Positions 26,021 through 32,000 of a stretch of 32,000 nt of DNA are shown here, in pieces. The notes beneath the pieces are model-generated. The model was given only the letters and a program-made list of their open reading frames with translations, had not been told where the DNA came from and did no database searches. Position 1 is the stretch's first letter; every line of letters starts with the position of its first letter. The stretch lies in assembly GCF_001644705.1 (NCBI RefSeq), contig NZ_CP015137.1:1950001-1982000 (forward strand). The letters are read 5' to 3'. The stretch is from Dickeya solani IPO 2222 (lineage in GTDB: Bacteria; Pseudomonadota; Gammaproteobacteria; Enterobacterales; Enterobacteriaceae). The translations under genes and the position numbers were made by a program.

Positions 26021-26392
26021 ATGACAGACGCCCATTACGTGCTTTTCTACGTTGATAACCCGGCCCGCAGCGCCCGCTTTTACAGCCAGTTGCTGGAGCT
26101 GGCCCCGGTAGAACAATCTCCCACCTTTGCGATGTTTGCGCTGAGAGCCGACCTGGTGCTGGGGTTGTGGTCAAAACACACCGTGGAGCCCGCCGTCGCT
26201 CAGTCAGGCTTTTCCAGCGAGCTGGCCTTCCGTCTGCCGGACCCGGCGGCGGTCGATGCCTGCTACGCCCGCTGGACCGCACAGGACGTGACCGTCATCC
26301 AGATACCGACCACCGTAGACTTTGGCTACACCTTTACGGTGCAGGATCCGGACGGCCATCGTCTGCGCGTTTTTACCTATCCCAACGCCTGA
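26021..26392 (+). CDS. VOC (glyoxalase/bleomycin-resistance/dioxygenase) family protein
   Basis: 123 aa from the ATG at 26021, with a GGAG SD 6 nt upstream (the track start at 26006 is a TTG). 'HYVLFYVDNPARSARFYSQLLEL' and 'FTVQDPDGHRLRVF' fit the VOC fold. Confidence 0.8.
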   Translation: MTDAHYVLFYVDNPARSARFYSQLLELAPVEQSPTFAMFALRADLVLGLWSKHTVEPAVAQSGFSSELAFRLPDPAAVDACYARWTAQDVTVIQIPTTVDFGYTFTVQDPDGHRLRVFTYPNA

Positions 26393-26401
26393 TGATAGCC
26401 G

Positions 26402-26433
26402 GCCAGCCCGTTGGCCTGCGGGCTGGCTGGTTT
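26402..26433 (+). terminator. Hairpin after the VOC gene
   Basis: GCCAGCCCG (26402-26410) pairs with CGGGCUGGC (26419-26427), followed by UGGUUUA. The U-tract is weak. Confidence 0.45.
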
Positions 26434-26511
26434 AGCGATACGGCAGGATTGCCTGTCGCCCACGCTTCAACGTAACCTGTCGGCATCACTGCTGAATTCA
26501 GGGACTTCCCG

Positions 26512-27945
26512 ATGCCAGACATCCCCCGCTACCGCCAGATTGCCGATCACTTCATTCGGGCCATCCAGAGCGGCACGCTGCCCGTCCATCACCGTCTCCC
26601 ATCGGTGCGGGCGCTGGCGCAGCAGCATGGCACCAGCGCCACCACGGCGATGAAAGTGCTGCGGACGCTGGAAGATGAACATTTCGCCCTTGCCCGCCCC
26701 AAATCCGGCTTTTTTGTCGCCGACATGCGCCGCGGCAACGTCATGACGACGGTCCCGCAGCCGGTCGCGCTGGCGGTGCTCGACGAACAAACTGAATTGC
26801 ACCTGTCGCTGGTCGGCACCGAATGCCGGGTGCGGCTCGATCTGGCCAACGGCGATAACGCGCTCTATCCGCTGAAAAAAATGGGGCAGTTGATCCGTCA
26901 GGCCAGCTACACCAACCCGATGATGCTGGGCAACGACGTCAAGGGCAGCGGTTACCTGCCGCTGAAAGAAGAAATTGCGCGCCGGGCGCTGGATTACGGC
27001 TGCCACCTGCATCCCGACGATATTCTGATCACCAACGGCTGTATCGAAGCGCTATCGTTGTCGTTGCGGGCGGTGACCCACAGCGGCGACGCGGTAGCGG
27101 TACAGTCACCCTGTTATTTCGTGCTGTTGCAGATGTTACGCAATCTGGGATTGCGGGTGGTGGAAGTCGCACAGGACGTCTGCGGGCATGTGGACGCGGA
27201 GCAACTGGAGTCGCTGTTCAGCCAGCGTCAGGTGAGCGCGTTCATCTCGCTGACCAACATCAACAATCCGCTCGGCACCAGCCTGCCGGACACGTACAAG
27301 CGCCGTATCGCCGACGCGGCGGATCGGTACGGCATCGCGCTGATTGAAGACGATACCTTTGCCGATACCGCTTTTGGCGAACAGCGGCCGTTTCCGTTAC
27401 GCGCGTTCAGCCCCAATGTGCTGCTCTGCAACGGCTTTTCCAAGACGGTCGGCCCCGGTATCCGCATCGGCTGGGTCAGCGGCGCCCACTGGCAGCGCAA
27501 ACTCGCCGCCCTCAAGTTCACCTCAACGATGGGCACCTCGCTGACGCCGCAGGTGGCGCTGGCCGAACTGCTGCGCAACGGCGGTTACGATGCCCACCTG
27601 CGCAAGCTGCGCCGCGAACTGGCGCGCCAGGTTGCCCGGCTGCGTCAGGCGGTACTGCATTACTTCCCGACGAGCACTCAGGTTTCTCAACCGGAAGGCG
27701 GCTACGCCATCTGGGTCACGCTGCCGCCGGGCTGTTGCTCGTCGCGCGAGTTGTTTTCCCGCGCCCGGCAGGAGGGCATCGGCATCGCGCCGGGGCATAT
27801 TTTTGCCACCGATCGGCGCTACGACCACTGCCTGCGGCTAAACGCCGGTTTCGGCTGGAACGAAGAGGTACACGACGCTATCCGGCTGCTGGCGCGCTGG
27901 GTCCGGGAGAACAGAACCGAGCGGCCATCGGGATTGATGACGTAG
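26512..27945 (+). CDS. MocR-type regulator (GntR HTH fused to a PLP aminotransferase-like domain)
   Basis: 477 aa. N-terminal GntR winged HTH ('LPSVRALAQQHGTSATTAMKVLRTLEDE'). The C-terminal fold-type I domain has the PLP-lysine context 'NGFSKTVGPGIRIGW'. Confidence 0.88.
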   Translation: MPDIPRYRQIADHFIRAIQSGTLPVHHRLPSVRALAQQHGTSATTAMKVLRTLEDEHFALARPKSGFFVADMRRGNVMTTVPQPVALAVLDEQTELHLSLVGTECRVRLDLANGDNALYPLKKMGQLIRQASYTNPMMLGNDVKGSGYLPLKEEIARRALDYGCHLHPDDILITNGCIEALSLSLRAVTHSGDAVAVQSPCYFVLLQMLRNLGLRVVEVAQDVCGHVDAEQLESLFSQRQVSAFISLTNINNPLGTSLPDTYKRRIADAADRYGIALIEDDTFADTAFGEQRPFPLRAFSPNVLLCNGFSKTVGPGIRIGWVSGAHWQRKLAALKFTSTMGTSLTPQVALAELLRNGGYDAHLRKLRRELARQVARLRQAVLHYFPTSTQVSQPEGGYAIWVTLPPGCCSSRELFSRARQEGIGIAPGHIFATDRRYDHCLRLNAGFGWNEEVHDAIRLLARWVRENRTERPSGLMT

Positions 27946-27953
27946 CCGACAAC

Positions 27954-27981
27954 ATTAGTTGCTACCATATTAGCAACTAAT
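27954..27981. promoter_or_regulatory. hipBA operator 1 (perfect palindrome)
   Basis: ATTAGTTGCTA-CCATAT-TAGCAACTAAT, with 11-bp perfect arms and a 6-bp spacer. Core is TTGCTA-N6-TAGCAA. Confidence 0.7.
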
Positions 27982-27986
27982 ATCAT
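27959..27986 (+). promoter_or_regulatory. Candidate hipBA sigma70 promoter
   Basis: TTGCTA (27959-27964), a 16-nt spacer, then TATCAT (27981-27986). The -35 lies inside operator 1. The predicted start site falls at the left edge of operator 2. Confidence 0.4.
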
Positions 27987-27989
27987 TTT

Positions 27990-28027
27990 TACGCCATATT
28001 TGCTAATATAGTAGCAAATATGGCGTA
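27990..28027. promoter_or_regulatory. hipBA operator 2 (perfect palindrome)
   Basis: TACGCCATATTTGCTA-ATATAG-TAGCAAATATGGCGTA, with 16-bp perfect arms and a 6-bp spacer. It has the same TTGCTA-N6-TAGCAA core and is centred 41 bp from operator 1. Confidence 0.7.
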
Positions 28028-28042
28028 TTCAGGAGCCTTGAT

Positions 28043-28315
28043 ATGCTATCGCTACACACGGCTTACGATATTCAACAAAACCTCAAACAGCACCTGAAAG
28101 CGATGCGCAAACATCGCAAACTCTCTGTCGATGCGCTGGCCCGACAGTCCGGTGTTCCCAACAGCACTATCCGCAAATTTGAAGCTACAGGTAACATCTC
28201 ACTCAGACAGTTTCTGATGTTGTACGAAGTTCTGGGCAACCTGAACGATCTCAACACGCTCACCAATCAGGCGCATACGCCGACCAGCATCGAAGAGGTT
28301 CTCAAAAATGCTTAG
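28043..28315 (+). CDS. hipB: HipB-like XRE-family HTH antitoxin
   Basis: 90 aa. HTH 'LSVDALARQSGVPNSTIRKFE'. AGGAG SD. The stop overlaps the hipA start by 8 nt. Confidence 0.8.
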   Translation: MLSLHTAYDIQQNLKQHLKAMRKHRKLSVDALARQSGVPNSTIRKFEATGNISLRQFLMLYEVLGNLNDLNTLTNQAHTPTSIEEVLKNA

Positions 28316-29555
28316 TGTGCCTCTGGATGTCATACGCCGCTTAAGTGATGGCCGGGACGACCGGGTTGGACAACTGGCGGAAAACCGCCAAGGTGTCTAT
28401 TTCCAGTATGACGCAGACTATCTCGCCAGCCATACATCCTCTCTCGGCCCCTTTAATCTGGCGTTCAATAACCAGCTTCAGGCTGCGCCACGCCAGCTTC
28501 ATTACGGCTTACACGGCATATTTGGCGACAGTCTGCCTGATGGCTGGGGTTTGTATCTGATGGACCGATTTTTCCGCCAGCAGGGTTATAACCCCGCTCG
28601 GATTACCGCTCTGGAAAGACTCGCTTTTATCGGTCACCGCGGTCCGGGTGCATTACGCTATGAGCCAGCAATGTCCCGTCCTGACGGCGTTGGTGAAGAG
28701 GCCATTGAGTTGATCCAACTGGGTCATGCCGCCGTCGAAGAGTTCGAAGGTACAGAATCCAGTCTGATTGCACACTTGATGAACGCTGGGGGTTCTGGTG
28801 GCGCCAGACCGAAGCTCAGCGTGACAAAAAAGCCTGACGGCACCTTTACCACTCGTCAGGATACGGCGGGCGACAAACTACTGGTCAAGCTCACATCAGA
28901 GAAATTCGCTCTCCAGCATGCTGAAAGCCAGATCGAGTACCTCTATATGAAAATAGCCAGGCAAGCCGGTATTGATGTGGCCGACTTTGAGTTGCTGCCT
29001 GTCGGTGAAGGGCGCTACTGGTTACAACAGTCCCGATTTGACTGTGTCGGCGAAACAGGCCGGTTGCATATGGTGTCCGCCAGCGGCTTGCTGGATGCCT
29101 CCTTCCGTGCGCCTTCTCTGGATTATGTCGATCTGATCAAGGCAACACGCCTACTGTGCGGAGTGACAGAAGCCAGAAAGCTACTGCATCGAGCACTGTT
29201 CAATTACCTGTTGGTCAATCAGGACGACCACGCCAAAAATTTCTCGTTCCTGGCGGACGACCGGGACAACTGGCGACTTTCCCCGTTTTATGATGTGGTC
29301 TACAGTCCATCGCCACAGGGAGAGCATATGACGGCGTTTAATGGTCACGGTTCACGAATTACCTTAAGCACAATGGAGCAACTGGCGGGGCAGGCTGGGT
29401 TATCAAAGGCCAAAGCCGTACTCGACATGGCGGATGAGCTCTACGACGTCGCCAAAGGATTTCATCGGGAAGCCAGCCATTTCAACCTACCAGCTCCATT
29501 GATCACCACCATTCAGCGGGAGATCGATAGCAAGTGGCGGCAATTGAGAGAATAA
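28308..29555 (+). CDS. hipA: HipA family serine/threonine kinase toxin
   Basis: 415 aa. Gly-rich loop 'GGSGGARPKLSV', catalytic motif 'NQDDHAKNFSF' and Mg-binding 'SPFYDV', plus an N-terminal HipA coupling-domain-like region. Confidence 0.85.
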   Translation: MLSVPLDVIRRLSDGRDDRVGQLAENRQGVYFQYDADYLASHTSSLGPFNLAFNNQLQAAPRQLHYGLHGIFGDSLPDGWGLYLMDRFFRQQGYNPARITALERLAFIGHRGPGALRYEPAMSRPDGVGEEAIELIQLGHAAVEEFEGTESSLIAHLMNAGGSGGARPKLSVTKKPDGTFTTRQDTAGDKLLVKLTSEKFALQHAESQIEYLYMKIARQAGIDVADFELLPVGEGRYWLQQSRFDCVGETGRLHMVSASGLLDASFRAPSLDYVDLIKATRLLCGVTEARKLLHRALFNYLLVNQDDHAKNFSFLADDRDNWRLSPFYDVVYSPSPQGEHMTAFNGHGSRITLSTMEQLAGQAGLSKAKAVLDMADELYDVAKGFHREASHFNLPAPLITTIQREIDSKWRQLRE

Positions 29556-29636
29556 AGCGCCCTATCCCGTCGAACGTCTAACACAGCAATATTATTATCC
29601 GGCCGTTAATTACTGAGCTGTTATAAGGATATAAAA

Positions 29637-30170
29637 ATGAACAAGTTACTCCCTCTGGCGCTGCTGTTATCCGCCGCATCCTATGCAGCCGACGCCCCGG
29701 CGCCAAAGCATGCCGATACGGATACACTCAAAGCCGAGCTGACGGCTCCCAGCGCCGCCCCTGCCGCTGAAGAGGAAGAAGAGGAATACGTGGATACCGC
29801 TGGAGCGGCAAAACAGGCGATTGCCTTTTATCAGTGGTATATCGGGCAAATCATGCAGAATAAACTGCCTATCCAGGATAATGATCCGGCACTGGAGAAG
29901 TATGTCGCCCGCGACACCGTCAAGGCGCTGCGTACCTCAAAGGTTTCCACGGATGTGGATTTCTTTCTCCGCAGCAATGGACCTGACGAGGAAGATTGGT
30001 TGCCTAATGTAAGAGTCGTGGGTACTGATGTCGACCCTGTCTGCGTCAACCTGTATATGGTGTTGGGCAAAAGAAGCCCGCAACACCTCGTCAGTTGCTA
30101 TGTGCAGGAAGACGGTGCCTGGAAGCTGCGCTCAGTGACGGATCTGAACGAGATGTTTACCAAAAAATAA
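29637..30170 (+). CDS. Secreted DUF3828-like protein
   Basis: 177 aa. Signal peptide 'MNKLLPLALLLSAASYAADA', an acidic EEEEEE tract, then 'AIAFYQWYIGQI', which resembles DUF3828/YbjP-like proteins. AAGGA SD. Confidence 0.6.
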   Translation: MNKLLPLALLLSAASYAADAPAPKHADTDTLKAELTAPSAAPAAEEEEEEYVDTAGAAKQAIAFYQWYIGQIMQNKLPIQDNDPALEKYVARDTVKALRTSKVSTDVDFFLRSNGPDEEDWLPNVRVVGTDVDPVCVNLYMVLGKRSPQHLVSCYVQEDGAWKLRSVTDLNEMFTKK

Positions 30171-30207
30171 CTGATGCTGGCGAAAGCCGCTCAGCCGATC
30201 CTGCGTA

Positions 30208-30247
30208 TAAAAAACGGCCCCGGTTTTAATCGGGGCCGTTTTTGTTT
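30208..30247. terminator. Bidirectional rho-independent terminator (DUF3828 gene / dppF)
   Basis: AACGGCCCCG (30213-30222) pairs with CGGGGCCGTT (30231-30240). An A-run precedes it and TTTTGTTT follows. Confidence 0.85.
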
Positions 30248-30274
30248 CACTACCGATGTTACTTACCACAGACG

Positions 30275-31282
30275 TCAGCTTACCTGACTGTCCTCCTGCT
30301 CCACCGCAAAGCAGGCGACCAGTTGCTCGCCGTGCGGTTTCAGCTGCGGCTGCAGCTGGGTGCAGGTGCCGAAGCGGTGCTGGCAGCGGGCGTTGAAAGC
30401 GCAGCCCGGCGGCGGACTGAGCGGGCTTGGCAGCTCGCCGGTCAGCTTGATGCGTTCGCGGCGAGCGTCCGGGTTCAGACGCGGCGTAGCGGACAACAGC
30501 GCCTGGGTGTACGGGTGGCGCGGGTTGCTGAAAATCGCGTCTTTGCTGCCTTTCTCCACACAGCGGCCCAGATACATCACCATCACTTCATCGGCGATGT
30601 GCTCCACCACCGACAGGTCGTGCGAGATGAACACGTAAGACAGCCCCAGATCCTGCTGCAAATCCATCATCAGGTTCAGCACCTGCGCGCGCACCGACAC
30701 GTCCAGCGCGGACACCGGTTCGTCGGCGATCACCACGTCCGGGTCGAGCATCAGCCCGCGGGCGATGGCGATACGCTGGCGCTGGCCGCCGGAAAACATG
30801 TGCGGATAGCGGTCGTAGTGCTCGGTTTTCAGGCCCACTTTCGCCATCATCGCCAGCGCTTTCTCGCGGCGTTCCGCCTTGCTGAGATCGGTGTTGATCA
30901 CCAGCGGCTCTTCCAGGATCTGGCCGACCTTTTTACGCGGATTAAGCGACGCATACGGATTCTGGAACACGATCTGAATTTTCTGCCGGCGCAGCTTCTG
31001 CGCCGCCGGGTCCGGCTTGAGCAGGTCCTGCCCCTGATAATACAACTCACCGTGCGACGGGGTTTCAATCATGGTCAGCAAGCGGCCCAGCGTGGACTTG
31101 CCACAGCCGGACTCACCCACCACCGCCAGCGTTTTGCCGCGCTCCAGCGTGAAAGACACGCCGTCCAGCGCCTTTACCAGCCGCTCCGGCGCGAACAACC
31201 CTTTTTTCACCGGGTAGTGTTTTTTCAAATCAATCGCCTGCAGCAGATACGGCTGCCCGGCGGCATTCATGGTCTGGCTCAT
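30275..31282 (-). CDS. dppF: Dipeptide ABC transporter ATP-binding protein DppF
   Basis: 335 aa. Walker A 'GESGCGKST', signature 'FSGGQRQR', Walker B '[12 protein letters not shown]', and the oligopeptide-type C-terminal domain. Located next to dppD as in E. coli. Confidence 0.93.
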   Translation of the reverse strand: MSQTMNAAGQPYLLQAIDLKKHYPVKKGLFAPERLVKALDGVSFTLERGKTLAVVGESGCGKSTLGRLLTMIETPSHGELYYQGQDLLKPDPAAQKLRRQKIQIVFQNPYASLNPRKKVGQILEEPLVINTDLSKAERREKALAMMAKVGLKTEHYDRYPHMFSGGQRQRIAIARGLMLDPDVVIADEPVSALDVSVRAQVLNLMMDLQQDLGLSYVFISHDLSVVEHIADEVMVMYLGRCVEKGSKDAIFSNPRHPYTQALLSATPRLNPDARRERIKLTGELPSPLSPPPGCAFNARCQHRFGTCTQLQPQLKPHGEQLVACFAVEQEDSQVS

Positions 31283-32000
31283 ACGGTTGGCCTCCCCGCA
31301 TCATCCAGCGGTGTATGACATTTCACCTGACGACCGGGGATGTCCCGCATCTCAGGCTCTTCCTGACGGCAACGGTCGCTGGCGTACGGGCAACGCGGAT
31401 TGAGCAGGCAGCCGTTCGGCCGGTCGTATTTGCCCGGCACCACGCCCGGCAGCGACGCCAGGCGGGACTTGTCCACCGCGAATTCCGGCAGCGCGCGCAG
31501 CAACGCCTGGGTATAAGGGTGACGCGGGGCGCGGAAAATGTCCGACGCCTTACCGGATTCCACCACCTGCCCGGCGTACATCACGATGATGTGGTGCGCC
31601 GCTTCCGCCACCAGCGCCAGATCATGGGTAATCAGGATCAGCGCCATGTTCTCTTTCTGCTGCAACTCCAGCAGCAGTTCGATGATCTGCGCCTGAATGG
31701 TCACGTCCAGCGCCGTCGTCGGTTCATCGGCGATCAGCAGCTTCGGCCGACAGGCGATCGCCATCGCGATCATCACGCGCTGGCTCATCCCACCCGACAG
31801 TTGATGCGGATACACATCCAGCCGCGATTCCGGGTCGGGAATACCCACCTGATTCAACAGGTCGATCGCCCGCTGACGGCGGGTTTTGCGGTTGCCGCCC
31901 TGATGCACCTTGATGGCTTCCATAATCTGGAAACCCACGGTGTAGCAGGGATTGAGGCTGGTCATCGGGTCCTGGAAGATCATCGCCACTTCCGCCCCCA
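31279..32000 (-). CDS. dppD: Dipeptide ABC transporter ATP-binding protein DppD (5' end outside the window)
   Basis: '[12 protein letters not shown]', '[14 protein letters not shown]' and '[12 protein letters not shown]'. The frame stays open to the window edge. The stop overlaps the dppF ATG (ATGA). Confidence 0.9.
   Translation of the reverse strand, partial: GAEVAMIFQDPMTSLNPCYTVGFQIMEAIKVHQGGNRKTRRQRAIDLLNQVGIPDPESRLDVYPHQLSGGMSQRVMIAMAIACRPKLLIADEPTTALDVTIQAQIIELLLELQQKENMALILITHDLALVAEAAHHIIVMYAGQVVESGKASDIFRAPRHPYTQALLRALPEFAVDKSRLASLPGVVPGKYDRPNGCLLNPRCPYASDRCRQEEPEMRDIPGRQVKCHTPLDDAGRPTV

Noticed and set aside
1-32000. Search for CRISPR arrays, tRNA/rRNA genes, transposases, integrases, phage genes or classical defence-system genes (restriction-modification, Abi, CBASS-like)
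   Set aside because: None was recognised on either strand. The only repeats are the ERIC element, short tandem duplications and operator palindromes. The only toxin-like module is hipBA.

Overview
GC-rich Enterobacterales chromosome. A consensus-like KdgR box at kdgK and a BcsD-containing cellulose operon suggest a Dickeya-like soft-rot Pectobacteriaceae genome; this is inferred, not proven. The gene order follows two E. coli blocks joined together: rsmD-yhhL-yhhN-tusA-yhhQ-dcrB-yhhS, then yhjD-kdgK-yhjJ-dctA-bcs-dppFD. About 11.5 kb (12124-23664, minus strand) is a tightly coupled type I cellulose synthase operon, bcsO-bcsQ-bcsA-bcsB-bcsC-bcsD-bcsZ. It sits where E. coli and Salmonella carry bcsRQABZC plus bcsEFG. 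Between bcs and dppF lies an accessory stretch: eamA, a YafY/WYL regulator, a VOC/glyoxalase protein, a MocR-type regulator, a lower-GC hipBA toxin-antitoxin module with two palindromic operators, and a secreted DUF3828 protein. Non-coding calls are a preQ1-I riboswitch at yhhQ, an ERIC repeat in the same leader, a KdgR operator, a CRP-like site and several hairpin terminators. The most unusual item is a 58-codon ORF too short for the ORF track. It encodes a C-terminal hydrophobic helix and is in frame with bcsO, separated from its ATG by a single TAG. No transposase, integrase, tRNA, rRNA or CRISPR array was seen. I see no clear undescribed multi-gene system. The candidates worth follow-up are the small ORF/bcsO junction, the hipBA operator architecture and the WYL-VOC-MocR cluster.
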